DNA of 64,000 nt from Acidobacteriota bacterium (GCA_965217775.1 CBDCJH010000002.1:1536001-1600000); one strand, 5' to 3'. Counted from the stretch's first letter, positions 39,354-49,768 are shown. Numbers and translations: made by a program. The notes: a model not told the origin generated them from the letters alone.

Positions 39354-40586
39354 TCACTTCCCCGCGTATTCTTCCGGGTGGGCGAACAGGTCCCGCAGTT
39401 CTTTCAGGAAGAGGCCGGCCGGGTATCCGTCGACGGCCCGATGATCGAAGACCAGACAGAGGTAGGCCGTGGGAACGACCTCCAACTGCCCGTCGACGGC
39501 CAACGGCCTGGGCTGGATCCGGCCGATTCCCAGAATCGCCACCTGGGGAGGATTGATGATGGGGGTGAACAGGTCGACGTGGGCACCGCCCAGGTTGGTG
39601 ATGGTGAAGGTTCCATCGCTCACGTCGGCCAGATCCAGAGTTCCGTTCCGAGCCTTCCCGGCCAAGGACCGGCTTTCCTGGGCCAGTTGCTCCAGGTTCT
39701 TTTGGCCGGCATCTTTCAGAACCGGCACCACCAATCCCTGGTCCAGATGGACGGCCAGGCCGATGTTGATCCCATCGTGGACTCGAACCTGGTTGTCCAC
39801 CAGCGTGGCATTGAGGAGGGTATGCCGCTCCAACGCCACGGCCACCGCCTTCGTCACCAGGTCGTTGAGGGAGATCCGCATTCCGTAGCTGGACTCCCAG
39901 CGGGAGAGATTAGTCTCACGGAAATCCACCGTCCGGCTCATGTCCACGTGCATCACTTCCGTCACCCGGGGGATCTCCCGCCAACTCTGAGAGAGACGTT
40001 GAGCCACGCGCCCTCGGGTACCGGTCAGGGGAATCGTCCGGGTCACTCCGAGAGTGGACTCGGGTACTTGAGCGGGCTGGCGAGGGGAAGCGGCTGCGGC
40101 AGCCGCACGCAGAATATCGTCCTTGGTGATCCGTCCGCCGGGGCCGGAACCGGCCACGGTGGCGGGATCCACGCCGTGCCGGGCGGCCAGCCTCCGGGCG
40201 ACCGGAGAGATTCGCAATCGGCCGGACTTGGCGGGCCGTTTGCGCCGCGGTGAGGGACGGGTCGCGGCTCTTGGTGCCTTCTTCCGAGTAGCCGGGGCTC
40301 CCTCCGGAGCCAACAGGCGAGCCGTCTCCGCCGGATCGGGGCTCTCACCGGGAACCAACAGGATCGCAAGAATGGCGCCGATGGGCCGCTCCTGACCGGC
40401 GGGAACGACGATCTTGTGGAGCGTTCCGTCCATGGGCGCCTCCACTTCGGTGGTCACCTTGTCGGTCTCCACCATCAAAAGGGGATCTCCCTTGGCGAGA
40501 CGGTCCCCCTCCTGTTTCAGCCACTCCAGAACCGTCCCCGATTCCATGGTGTGGCCCAGGCTGGGCATTCCGAATTTAACCGCCAT
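39354..40586 (-). CDS. 2-oxo-acid/acetoin dehydrogenase E2 (dihydrolipoamide acyltransferase)
   Basis: Lipoyl motif VETDKVT, E3-binding GSGPGGRITKDD, catalytic FDHRAVDG. Confidence 0.93.
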   Translation of the reverse strand: MAVKFGMPSLGHTMESGTVLEWLKQEGDRLAKGDPLLMVETDKVTTEVEAPMDGTLHKIVVPAGQERPIGAILAILLVPGESPDPAETARLLAPEGAPATRKKAPRAATRPSPRRKRPAKSGRLRISPVARRLAARHGVDPATVAGSGPGGRITKDDILRAAAAAASPRQPAQVPESTLGVTRTIPLTGTRGRVAQRLSQSWREIPRVTEVMHVDMSRTVDFRETNLSRWESSYGMRISLNDLVTKAVAVALERHTLLNATLVDNQVRVHDGINIGLAVHLDQGLVVPVLKDAGQKNLEQLAQESRSLAGKARNGTLDLADVSDGTFTITNLGGAHVDLFTPIINPPQVAILGIGRIQPRPLAVDGQLEVVPTAYLCLVFDHRAVDGYPAGLFLKELRDLFAHPEEYAGK

Positions 40587-40598
40587 AAGGTTCGTCCT

Positions 40599-41570
40599 TT
40601 ACGCGACCAGGTTTCGCGCCGCGGCGACCAGCTTCTCGACGCTGGGCACCGCCAGCTTCTCCAACACGGGGCTGAAGGGCATGGGCACATTGGCGGCGGC
40701 AACCCGCCGGACGGGAGCGTCCAGGTAATCGAAGCACTCTTCGGCGATCCGGGAGGCCAGTTCCGCGCTCGATCCTCCCCGGCGGACCTCTTCGTCGGTG
40801 ACGATGGCCCGGTTGGTCTTCTCCACCGAGGAGAAAATCGTGTCCGCGTCCAGCGGGACCAGGGTCCGGGGATCGATCACCTCCAATTCGATGTCTTCCG
40901 CACTCAGGATCCGCGCTGCTTCCAGCGCCTTCCCCACCATGGGGCCGGATGCCACCACCGTAATGTCATCCCCTTCGCGCTTGACGTCGGCCTGGCCAAA
41001 GGGAATCAGATATTCCGTGTCCGGAACCTCCCCCTTGACCGAGTAGAGCCGTTTGTACTCGATGAACATGACCGGGTCCCGGCCCCGCAGGGCCGACTTC
41101 ATGAGCCCCTTGGCGTCGCGGGGGGTGGAAGGAACCGCGACCTGCAGGCCGGGCACGTGCATGAACCAGGCTTCCAGGCTCTGAGAATGCTGGGCGGCGA
41201 TCAACCTTGCCGAACCCGAGGGGAGCCGCAATATCACCGGGACGTCGGTCTGGCCTCCGAACATGTAGCGGACCTTGGCCATCTGGTTGACCACTTCATC
41301 CATGGCGCAGGTGATGAAGTCGACATACATGATCTCCGCCACCGGACGCAGTCCGCACATGGCGGCGCCGACGGCGGTGCCGACGATGGCGGCCTCGGAG
41401 ATGGGGGTCTGGCGGATCCGGTCCGGGTACTTCTCGGCGATGCCCCGGGTGACGGCATAGGGTCCTCCGTGGGCGATCACGTCTTCGCCCAGGACGAAAA
41501 TGCTCGAATCCCGGGCCATCTCTTCGTGCAGGGCTTCTCGAATCGCCTGGTTCATGGGTATCGAGGGCAT
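40599..41570 (-). CDS. 2-oxo-acid/acetoin dehydrogenase E1 beta subunit
   Basis: GEDV, TPISEAAIVG, AQHSQSLEAW, EVIDPRTLVPLD. Confidence 0.93.
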   Translation of the reverse strand: MPSIPMNQAIREALHEEMARDSSIFVLGEDVIAHGGPYAVTRGIAEKYPDRIRQTPISEAAIVGTAVGAAMCGLRPVAEIMYVDFITCAMDEVVNQMAKVRYMFGGQTDVPVILRLPSGSARLIAAQHSQSLEAWFMHVPGLQVAVPSTPRDAKGLMKSALRGRDPVMFIEYKRLYSVKGEVPDTEYLIPFGQADVKREGDDITVVASGPMVGKALEAARILSAEDIELEVIDPRTLVPLDADTIFSSVEKTNRAIVTDEEVRRGGSSAELASRIAEECFDYLDAPVRRVAAANVPMPFSPVLEKLAVPSVEKLVAAARNLVA

Positions 41571-41603
41571 GACGGGCTGGTCCTCCTTCTGGACGGATTT
41601 TTC

Positions 41604-42587
41604 TCACGCAACCGGGGTGGAGAAAACGTCTCGCGTCAACTCCTCCGGGCCGGGGTAGGGACTCACGTCCGCGAATCGCACCGCGTCGGCGATCTCCTCC
41701 TCCGCCGATTTCCGGATCGACTCGGCTTCCTCAGCCGTCAGCATCCCCTCTTGGAGGAGATGGGCCCCAAGGCCCTGGATGGGATCGTGCTGGCCGGACC
41801 AATCCGAAATCTCCTCCTTGGTTCGATACTGCTGAGGGTCGCCGAAATTGTGGCCGTGGAAGCGGTAGGTCTTGCACTCCAGCAAGGTGGGCCCCTCGCC
41901 CCGGCGGGCGCGCTCGATGGCCTCGCCGGCCGCCTCGTAGACGGCCAGGACGTCCATGCCGTTCACCTGAGCACCGGGAATGCCGTAAGCGGAGGACATG
42001 GAGGCCACGTCGGTCACCAGGGTGATCTCCTCCTGGGGAGTCCACTGGGCGTACTGGTTGTTCTCGCAGACGTAGACCACGGGAAGGCGCCAGACGGCGC
42101 CCAGGTTGATGTTCTCGTGAAAGGGTCCGCGATTGACGGCGCCGTCTCCGAAGAAACAGACGGCGACCTGCCCGCTCTCCCGCATCTGCGCGGCCAGGCC
42201 GGCTCCCGTGGCCAAGCCGAAACCGCCCGCCACGATGCCGTTGGCTCCCAGCATCCCCACGGCGAAATCCGCGATATGCATGGAGCCCCCCTTCCCCTTG
42301 CAGTAGCCGGTGACGCGCCCGAACAGCTCAGCCATCATGCGCCGGACGTCGGCGCCCTTGGAGATGCAGTGGCCGTGGCCCCGGTGGGTGGAGGTGATGT
42401 AGTCGGCATCGGTGAGATGGGCGCAGATCCCGACTCCCACCGCCTCCTGTCCGATGTAGGTGTGCAGCGCCCCCAGCACCTTGCCCTGGCCGGACTGGTA
42501 CTCCGCCTGCTCTTCAAAGAGCCGGATGCGCCACATGACGGCGTACATTTTCAGCAGTTGTTCCGCTGTCGGTCCGTTAATTCCCAT
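41604..42587 (-). CDS. TPP-dependent dehydrogenase E1 alpha subunit (acetoin/pyruvate type)
   Basis: HTYIGQEA, STHRGHGH, GKGGSMH, FFGDGA…ENNQYA, TYRFHGH. Confidence 0.93.
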   Translation of the reverse strand: MGINGPTAEQLLKMYAVMWRIRLFEEQAEYQSGQGKVLGALHTYIGQEAVGVGICAHLTDADYITSTHRGHGHCISKGADVRRMMAELFGRVTGYCKGKGGSMHIADFAVGMLGANGIVAGGFGLATGAGLAAQMRESGQVAVCFFGDGAVNRGPFHENINLGAVWRLPVVYVCENNQYAQWTPQEEITLVTDVASMSSAYGIPGAQVNGMDVLAVYEAAGEAIERARRGEGPTLLECKTYRFHGHNFGDPQQYRTKEEISDWSGQHDPIQGLGAHLLQEGMLTAEEAESIRKSAEEEIADAVRFADVSPYPGPEELTRDVFSTPVA

Positions 42588-42630
42588 GGTGATGGTCTCT
42601 CCTCTGTCTCTCACGATTCCACGATTCTGC

Positions 42631-43434
42631 TCAGCGAGCCAGCCACCCTCCATCTACGTAAAGACTGTGCCCCGTGACCATGGCGGACGCGGAGCTGGCC
42701 AGATAGAGGATCGCGCCGGCCATGTCTCCAACTTGGGCCACGCGCCCCAGGGGAGTGTACTCCTCGATGGCCGTCCGCATCTCGGGAAGGTGCAGAATGG
42801 ACGCGGCCAGCGGCGTGTCGGTGAAGGTGGGAGCGATCTCGTTGACCCGGACTCCGTGGCGGCCCCATTCCGCCGCCAGTGCCCGGGTCAGGTTCACCAC
42901 CGCCCCCTTGGCGGCGTGGTAGGCCGAGTTGGGATACATTCCGCCTCCGCTGTGGCCCAGGATGGACGAGATGTTGACAATGCTGCCGCCTCCCCGGGCC
43001 GCCATCCGGCGACCCGCTTCCCGGCAACACAGGAAGGTGGAGGTCAGGTTCCTGGTGAGCACTTCGTTCCAGTCCGCCAGGCTCATCTCCATGGCCGGGA
43101 CGTGTTTCCCGCCACCCACGCTGTTGACCAACACGTCCAAGCGTCCGTACTCGTCCAGGACCTGCCCGAACCCGGCGGCAACCACCGGCTCCAGGGTCAC
43201 GTCCCATTCCCGGACCGCGGTTTGCCCCTCATCGCCGGCAATCTCCCCCGCGACCCGCTCAGCCGCCTCCCGGTTGCGGTCGGCCACCACCACTACGGCT
43301 CCGGCCTGGGCCAGGACATGGGCGGCCATGCGCCCAATGCTGCCGCCGCCGCCGGTGACCACTGCCACCTGGCCGTCCAGGCGAAAGAGTCTCTCGATCG
43401 CCGGGACGGAGGTTGACGGCTGGTCGGAGGTCAT
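42631..43434 (-). CDS. SDR family oxidoreductase
   Basis: TGGGGSIG, YHAAK, VRVNEIAP, LYVDGG. Confidence 0.92.
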   Translation of the reverse strand: MTSDQPSTSVPAIERLFRLDGQVAVVTGGGGSIGRMAAHVLAQAGAVVVVADRNREAAERVAGEIAGDEGQTAVREWDVTLEPVVAAGFGQVLDEYGRLDVLVNSVGGGKHVPAMEMSLADWNEVLTRNLTSTFLCCREAGRRMAARGGGSIVNISSILGHSGGGMYPNSAYHAAKGAVVNLTRALAAEWGRHGVRVNEIAPTFTDTPLAASILHLPEMRTAIEEYTPLGRVAQVGDMAGAILYLASSASAMVTGHSLYVDGGWLAR

Positions 43435-45140
43435 GGCGCAGGATCACCCGGAACCAATCTCAGTTGGGCTTTGAGGAGGGTCAACTCCTGACCGGGAGAG
43501 GACTCGCTGAGACCGGCCTCCACCAGGTTCTCCCCTCGCCGCAACGCGCCGGCTGCCAGTACGAAAGCGACTCGGGACGGGTCCGTCTCCGCCTCGGGCT
43601 GCAGCAACCGTCCTCCCGCCAGGGACTTCCCATTGAGGCTCAGGACCAACTGGTCCAACCGGGGCAGTGCGCCCTGCAGTTCCAGCGTGAGTTCGGCGCT
43701 TTCCAGGCGGCCTTCCTGCTCCAGGCGCGGGACGTCGTCACCGATGACGATGGGAATCTCGGTCCGCCCACGCGGCTCCAGGCGCGCCGGTAGAACGCCG
43801 GCGCTGGAGATGAAGGCGTAGGGGAACCAGACTTCTACGGCGGCCGAGTAGATCTTCTCCTTGCCTTCCAGCGCCTTGGGGTCGTCGATGCCGTCCAGAC
43901 AGGCGTAGACACGTTTCCGGAGCGCCCGCCACCGGGCCTCGTCGCGGATCTGTTCCCAGGGAGCCGTCAGATTCCAGAAATAGATTCCGTCGGCGCCGGC
44001 GGCATACCACTTGGCGGCCAGGGCCCGGGTCATCTCGTCTCCCTTGCCGTCCATCAGTTGGCCGGGATTGTTGATGCAGGGATAGAGAGGCACGCCGTAG
44101 ACATGGGCCGCCTGGGCCATCTTCGCCACGGGAAGGGAGAAATGCGCGTAACCCCCTCCCAGGAACAGCATGTTTACCAGACCTTCGCGCATCCAGGTGT
44201 CCAGATCCAGGCCGATGCCCAGGGAAAGTTCCAGGTCATCCGGAGTCCGAACCGCCAGCAGGAGAGGCCGTCCGCGCTCCTGTCCGATCTCGTCCATGCG
44301 CTGCCGAACCCTCCGGATGAAGGCAGTCATGAGGGAGACCTGCTCGGGGGTGATGGTCCCTCCTTCGAAGATGCTCTTGAAGAGGACGGGATGCCGGATG
44401 AAGTCCAGCTCGACGCCGTCCAGGTCGTACCGGAGGCAGACCTCCTCGATGATCTCGAATTTGCGGTCCCGGACGATCTGGTGGGTGAAGTCCAGAGCCG
44501 TGGAGTAGAGGTTGGCCACCGGGGAACCGGGAAAGGCGGGTTCGGCGATGGCCGTCTGCAGTCCGCGAGTGCTCACCAGGAACTCTCGATTGTCAAGCTT
44601 CCAGCGGGAGAGGTGCCCCTCGACGAAGCTGTCGTGAACGTCGTTCATGCGCAACGAGGCGAAGGCCTCCATTCCATGCTCATGGGCGAAGTCGGTGACG
44701 ATCTTCAGGGGGCAGGTGCCGGCTTCGACCAGGGTCTTGAGGTTGGCCGCGTACGGGTTCATGTAGTCCGGGCGGTCAAATTGTTGGGCGTCTCCGTAGA
44801 TCGGTTGGATGCGACTGTCGTAGGAGGGGGCGTCGCCTGCCAGGATCGACCAGCTGATGGTGGTCACGGGGGTTCCCGGAAGGGCCTCGAGCCGGGGCGC
44901 CAGGAAGCCTTCGACGGTGGAGGCTCCAGGGTGCATGAGAACCGCCGAGTCCCCGTTGAAGATCACACGGTGTTTTCGGGTCTCGGTCTGAGCGGTTCCT
45001 TCCTGCTGAGCCGGATCGACGGCGCAAGCGGCGAGGAAGCCGACCAGCAACAAGGGAAAGACGACTAGACTCCCGGCGGCTCGGGAGACGAGGCGTTCCG
45101 GACCACACCAGTTTGGACAAGAGGGATGCTTCCTGATCAT
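43431..45140 (-). CDS. Putative lipoprotein with a glycoside-hydrolase-like TIM barrel
   Basis: FLAAC lipobox-like; IFNGD, ASLRMNDVHD, YDLDGVELDFIRH, GADGIYFWN. Confidence 0.6.
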   Translation of the reverse strand: MIRKHPSCPNWCGPERLVSRAAGSLVVFPLLLVGFLAACAVDPAQQEGTAQTETRKHRVIFNGDSAVLMHPGASTVEGFLAPRLEALPGTPVTTISWSILAGDAPSYDSRIQPIYGDAQQFDRPDYMNPYAANLKTLVEAGTCPLKIVTDFAHEHGMEAFASLRMNDVHDSFVEGHLSRWKLDNREFLVSTRGLQTAIAEPAFPGSPVANLYSTALDFTHQIVRDRKFEIIEEVCLRYDLDGVELDFIRHPVLFKSIFEGGTITPEQVSLMTAFIRRVRQRMDEIGQERGRPLLLAVRTPDDLELSLGIGLDLDTWMREGLVNMLFLGGGYAHFSLPVAKMAQAAHVYGVPLYPCINNPGQLMDGKGDEMTRALAAKWYAAGADGIYFWNLTAPWEQIRDEARWRALRKRVYACLDGIDDPKALEGKEKIYSAAVEVWFPYAFISSAGVLPARLEPRGRTEIPIVIGDDVPRLEQEGRLESAELTLELQGALPRLDQLVLSLNGKSLAGGRLLQPEAETDPSRVAFVLAAGALRRGENLVEAGLSESSPGQELTLLKAQLRLVPGDPAP

Positions 45141-45238
45141 AGAGTCCTCGCAGTCGCGTTGGCCTCCAAGGTTGTTCGAGTGCGGGCGCCGAAGGCGCCG
45201 TGGGAGGATCATAACTCACCGGCGAGGGAGGGGAAAAT

Positions 45239-45363
45239 TGGAGCGGCGGCTTCCTAGCTGCCGACCTCCCAATGAACGGGTCCGGCGATAATTTAACCGC
45301 CGAGCTCCGAACGTGCGTCGGGACGTTGGGGGACTAAAAGTCCGCCCTCCTAATCCCCCCTCC
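45239..45363. repeat. GGAG-type REP-like palindromes (family B)
   Basis: GGAGCGGCGGCTTCCTAGCTGCCGA; GGGGACTAAAAGTCCGCCCTCC. Confidence 0.6.
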
Positions 45364-46484
45364 TAACCCACCTTGTAGATGACATAGTCGCCGTAGCCGG
45401 TGATGATCCGCATGTAGCCGGAGAGTTCCTGGTCCAGGGCCGGGTCACCCGTATCCACCAGCAGCGGGCGGCCTCCCAGGGAGACGAGTTTCTCCTTGGT
45501 GGCGATGATCAGGATGTTCTCCCGGCCCACCTGGCGAATGACTTCAGGGCTGATCTGCTGGTTTCCCCGGCCCAGGATATGCCCCTGACCTCCGATTGCC
45601 GTCACCACGACCTTGGCCCTGTGTCCGTCGATCAGATCCAGGAGTTGGCGCGCCGTGACGTCGTTGGCGAGCAGCTTCTTGTTCCGCACCACGTCCACCC
45701 CCAGCAGCGTGTTCTCGAGCTCCAGGGCCTGGAGGATGCCCCGCGTCGTGGTTCCCGGTCCCACGGCGAAGATACAGTCCGGATCCTCCATCTCTCTCAG
45801 CACCTCCGCGCAGATTCCCTGGAGGGCTTCCGCCTCGTGGACGACTCCTCCCGCCTTCACGTTCTGGACGAACCGGTTCTCCTCCGGGACCCGCAGGTAT
45901 CCGTAGAGTTTGGCGCGGACAACTCCGGCCCGGAAGGCCTCCTCATCGATGTCCATGACCTCGGAGGACCGCATTCGCAGCAGACGGCGCTGCAGCCAGA
46001 GGACCACCAGCTCGCCGGCACTCCGGGGGGTCACGGCATAGACGGCCGAGTGGATCTTTACGCCCGCCGGAACCCCCAGAACCGGCACCTGCTCGCCGAC
46101 GGCGTGGTAGAGGTCGCGCGCGGTTCCGTCCCCTCCGGCGAAGAGGATCAGGTCGGCTCCGGCGGCCGCCATCTCCCGGGCAGCCCGCCGGGTGTCTTCG
46201 GGAGTCGTATGCTCGCCGTCGGTCCGTCCGATGACGGATGCGGGGAGGCCCGCCAGGGCGCAGGAATGCTCCCCCATCTGGTCGGGGTAGGTGAGGACTC
46301 GGGCCTGGTCCTTGAATTCGGAGACGGCCTTCAGCGTCTGGGCCATCCGCCCCGGGGCTTCGGGCCTGGCCCCCAGCTCGCGGGCGCGGCGCAGGATCTC
46401 GATCCCGTCGCTTCCCTTGAGTCCCACCCGGCCGCCCATGCCGGCCACGGGATTGACGATGACGCCGAGAGTGCGCCGAGGCAT
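45363..46484 (-). CDS. ATP-NAD kinase / AcoX-like family protein
   Basis: IVNPVAGMGGRVGLKGSDG, FAGGDGTARD, GVKIHSAV, GRGNQQIS. Confidence 0.88.
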   Translation of the reverse strand: MPRRTLGVIVNPVAGMGGRVGLKGSDGIEILRRARELGARPEAPGRMAQTLKAVSEFKDQARVLTYPDQMGEHSCALAGLPASVIGRTDGEHTTPEDTRRAAREMAAAGADLILFAGGDGTARDLYHAVGEQVPVLGVPAGVKIHSAVYAVTPRSAGELVVLWLQRRLLRMRSSEVMDIDEEAFRAGVVRAKLYGYLRVPEENRFVQNVKAGGVVHEAEALQGICAEVLREMEDPDCIFAVGPGTTTRGILQALELENTLLGVDVVRNKKLLANDVTARQLLDLIDGHRAKVVVTAIGGQGHILGRGNQQISPEVIRQVGRENILIIATKEKLVSLGGRPLLVDTGDPALDQELSGYMRIITGYGDYVIYKVG

Positions 46485-48058
46485 TACTCGGAACTGTTGG
46501 CCGCTTGTTTCTTAACGTACTGGCGCCAGGTCACTGCGATCCGCTCGGGCTCGTCGATGCTGGGCGCCGGCACCTTGTGAATGGCCGAATTATGCGGCGC
46601 GGTCTTGACCAGTTCCGGATTCTCGTAGGCTTCCTTGGAGATCTGGCGCAGCACGGCCACGTACTCGTCGATGTCGTCCTTGGAATAGGACTCGCACGGC
46701 TCCAGAGTGAAGGGCTCGGGGACGATCCAGGGGTGATGGCTGGGCCAGTAGTGCTGGATCCCGTAGTCGGCGATTCTCCGGTTGATGTCGTCCGTTCCCA
46801 CGCCGGTGTCCCGATTCAGCTTGTCCCAACTGTAGCGCACCTGCTCCAGGCGCCGTTTTCCTTCCGAGTACCAGATGACGACCCCCGGCACCTCGCTCAG
46901 CTTCTTCAGCATGTAGTTGTTGTTGAGCACGGAGCACTCGGCCACTTCCCGCAGTCCGTCGGCGCCGAGCTGCATGACCCAGGCGTAGGCCTTGAGGACG
47001 CCCTGGGCGTTGCCCAGAAAGGAACGGACCCGGCCGATGCTTTCCGGATCGCCCTGGTAGTCCAGGGAGTAGCGTTCGCCGTCGAATTCGACCCGGGGCA
47101 GGGGAAGATACGGTTTCAACTCGTCGACCACCCCGACGGCGCCGATGGCGGGTCCCATGCAGGCGTGGGGCATGGAGAAGGTCTTGTGAACGTTGAAGTG
47201 GCAGAGATCGAAACCCGCCTCTTTCGCCCGCGTCACCCCCAGGAGCCCGTTGGCGTTGGCCTGATCGTAGCTGCAGAGGGCGCCCACGCCGTGGGCGATG
47301 TCGACGAATTCCCTGATCTGGGGGTTGTAGAGACCCGTGTCCTCCGGGTTGGTGATGAAGATGCCCGCGGTCCGTTCGGAAACGGCCGCCTTCATGGCGT
47401 CCAGGTGCGGGTAGCCGGTCTCGTCCGGCATCAGGGTGACGACCTTGTAGCCGGCGGTGGCGCCGGTGGCCGCATCGCAGGGGTGGGAGAACATGGTGGT
47501 GATCACCTCGTCCCGCTGGTGATCGCCTCGGGAGGCGTGGTAGGCGCGCACCATGGAGGCGTTGGTAAAGACCCCCTGGGCGCCGCCTCCGGGCTGGAAA
47601 CTGAACCGGTCCAGGCCCGAGATCTCCTTCAGGAACTGCTCGAACTGGTAGTAGACATGGAGGATTCCCTGGATCGTGCTCTCGTCCTGCAGGGGGTGGA
47701 GCTCGGCCATGCCCGGGTTTCGGGTGGCCACGTGCTCCTGAATCTTGGGACTGTACTTCATGGTGCAGGTCCCCTGGCTGATGTCGATGTTGACGTCGGT
47801 GCCCAGCGTCTCCTGGGAGAGGCGCAGGTAGTGGCGGTTCACCCGCATCTGGTTGATTTCCGGCAGGGCCGGCGGGCGTTTCCGTCTCAGGTTCTCAGGA
47901 ATCCGGGACCATCCGTCTCCCACCGCCTCCTGGATGCCGGGTTCCGCCCGGGGAACCAGAATGCCCCGTTCGCCGGGCACGTGCATCTCGCAGATGATCT
48001 CCTCGTCCCATCGAGCCTGGTGGTATTTCCTGAGCAACGTCTCACGGTCTCTGCCCAT
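46484..48058 (-). CDS. gcvPB: Glycine-dehydrogenase-like P-protein subunit 2 (divergent)
   Basis: GTCTMKYSPK, TNPEDTG, DQANANG, PLP-lysine motif HFNVHKTFSMPH, LEPCESYSK. Confidence 0.85.
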   Translation of the reverse strand: MGRDRETLLRKYHQARWDEEIICEMHVPGERGILVPRAEPGIQEAVGDGWSRIPENLRRKRPPALPEINQMRVNRHYLRLSQETLGTDVNIDISQGTCTMKYSPKIQEHVATRNPGMAELHPLQDESTIQGILHVYYQFEQFLKEISGLDRFSFQPGGGAQGVFTNASMVRAYHASRGDHQRDEVITTMFSHPCDAATGATAGYKVVTLMPDETGYPHLDAMKAAVSERTAGIFITNPEDTGLYNPQIREFVDIAHGVGALCSYDQANANGLLGVTRAKEAGFDLCHFNVHKTFSMPHACMGPAIGAVGVVDELKPYLPLPRVEFDGERYSLDYQGDPESIGRVRSFLGNAQGVLKAYAWVMQLGADGLREVAECSVLNNNYMLKKLSEVPGVVIWYSEGKRRLEQVRYSWDKLNRDTGVGTDDINRRIADYGIQHYWPSHHPWIVPEPFTLEPCESYSKDDIDEYVAVLRQISKEAYENPELVKTAPHNSAIHKVPAPSIDEPERIAVTWRQYVKKQAANSSE

Positions 48059-48109
48059 GGTCCCGATCTCCTTTCCGGTTCCGGATTTTTCCGGCCGTCA
48101 GATCCTGTC

Positions 48110-49513
48110 TCAGCTGCAGCACTCGCCCAGGGCGCGGGCCAGCGAGTGGATGTCGTCCTGGGTGATTCTTTCCGTCACGCAATAGAGGGCGCTCTGGCCC
48201 AACTCGGGAAACTCTCCGGAGAGATCCTTGCCACCGAAGATCTTGCGGTCCAGGAGCGCGGAGTTGATCTCGCTGATGCTCTTGCCGGTCCCGTCGAAGT
48301 TCACGACGAATTCCTTGAAGAAAGGAGTGTCCGCATTGACCTGGACGCCCGGTATCCGGGCAATCTGCTGAGCGGCGTACTGGGACTTCTGGAGGATGGT
48401 TTGGCCGATCTCCTCCATCCCCCGAGGACCCATCAACGCCAGGTAGACACCGGCCGTGATGGCCCAGAGTCCCGTAGTGGTACCCGTGTACTCCTTGCCT
48501 TGTTCCCGGGAACCGTAGGAGGTCCGGTCGAAGAGCACCTCGCCGAAGCCCCACTCCCCCTCTCGGACGGTCTCGGTGAGGCCGAACATGAGGTCCTTGA
48601 ACTCGGCCACGTATCGCATATCGCCATGAGTGGCGATGAAGCCTCCTTGTCCGCCGCCGCACTGGATATGCATTCCAAGAGGCTGGAAGTCTCCACAGGC
48701 GAAGGTCCCGCCGTAGTGGGCCGGAGGCGCCAGGACTCCCAGGGAAATGGGGTCGGTATAAACGACGAACTCGGCGCCGGCGTCGCGGGCGATCTTTCCG
48801 ATCTCCTCGGCCTGGGTCTCGATGGTGCCCAGATACCCGGGATTCTCGATGAGCACCGCCGCCGTGTTCGACGAGACCTGGGACCGCAGTTGTTCCAGGT
48901 TCAGAAGGCCTGTGCCGGGATCGAAATCGACGGTCCGGATGGAGACCTGGGGCTCGCCGATGCCACCCAGGTAATTGCGGACCACCGCCATCAGATCCGG
49001 ACTCGCTGACCGGGGAACCAGGACCCCGTTTCTGCCGGTGGTCCGGGAGGCCATCCTCAGTGACGTGGCCGCGGCCGCTGGACCGTCGTAGAGGGGGCAA
49101 CTCAAGACGTCCATGTCCAGCAGCTCCCCCATGAGGCTGGCGTACTCGAAGAGGGCCTGCCATTTGCCGTGATCGGCGTAAGGCTCGCCCACGTAGGCCG
49201 TCACGAACTCGCCGCGGCTGCTGATCTCGTCGCAGACGGCCGGGACGTGGTGCTGGGCGCAACCGGCGCCGAGAAAATTCAGATGGTCGTCACAGTTGCG
49301 GTTCCGGTCCAGGATCTCCTCCAGGTGCCGTTTCAAGGAGTACTCGTCCAGAATCGGCTCCGGGAGGTCCATCCTCTGCTTCAGGATCAACTCGTCGGGA
49401 ATCTCCTCGTAGAGATCCATGATGTCCTGGGCGCCCACCTCCTTGAGCATCTGGGCTTTGATTTCGGGGACCGAATTGGGGATGTAGGGGTAGACGATCC
49501 GCTTTTGACTCAC
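48110..49513 (-). CDS. gcvPA: Glycine-dehydrogenase-like P-protein subunit 1 (divergent)
   Basis: YPYIPNS, NFLGAG…HHVP, QALFEY, LYDG, FFKEFVV, LYCVTE. Confidence 0.85.
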   Translation of the reverse strand: MSQKRIVYPYIPNSVPEIKAQMLKEVGAQDIMDLYEEIPDELILKQRMDLPEPILDEYSLKRHLEEILDRNRNCDDHLNFLGAGCAQHHVPAVCDEISSRGEFVTAYVGEPYADHGKWQALFEYASLMGELLDMDVLSCPLYDGPAAAATSLRMASRTTGRNGVLVPRSASPDLMAVVRNYLGGIGEPQVSIRTVDFDPGTGLLNLEQLRSQVSSNTAAVLIENPGYLGTIETQAEEIGKIARDAGAEFVVYTDPISLGVLAPPAHYGGTFACGDFQPLGMHIQCGGGQGGFIATHGDMRYVAEFKDLMFGLTETVREGEWGFGEVLFDRTSYGSREQGKEYTGTTTGLWAITAGVYLALMGPRGMEEIGQTILQKSQYAAQQIARIPGVQVNADTPFFKEFVVNFDGTGKSISEINSALLDRKIFGGKDLSGEFPELGQSALYCVTERITQDDIHSLARALGECCS

Positions 49514-49615
49514 GTTGCTCCTCCGTCTGCTCGACTCGGCGGCATCGGGGGGAAGACTTCCCGCTGCCGATCGCGCTCAGTCTACTACGACCAAGGCCGG
49601 AAAATACAAGGGCCG

Positions 49616-49693
49616 GGAGCGGCGGTTTCCAACCGCCGAACTCCGGAGCAAAATACCGCAAGAAGGGAAAGGGCGATCGGAAATCGCCCCTCC
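49616..49693. repeat. Inverted pair of GGAG-type REP-like palindromes (family B)
   Basis: GGAGCGGCGGTTTCCAACCGCCGA … GGGCGATCGGAAATCGCCCCTCC. Confidence 0.65.
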
Positions 49694-49768
49694 AAGGCAG
49701 CGGCTATGTTCCAGGTTTCGCCTGGGGCCGCTTTGATGCAATCCGGACGGTTTCGTACACTGAAGAGC

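Noticed and set aside
49169-49768. 200-aa N-terminal extension of the nitroreductase
   Set aside because: It overlaps gcvPA antisense and REP repeats; family similarity starts at ATG 49769.
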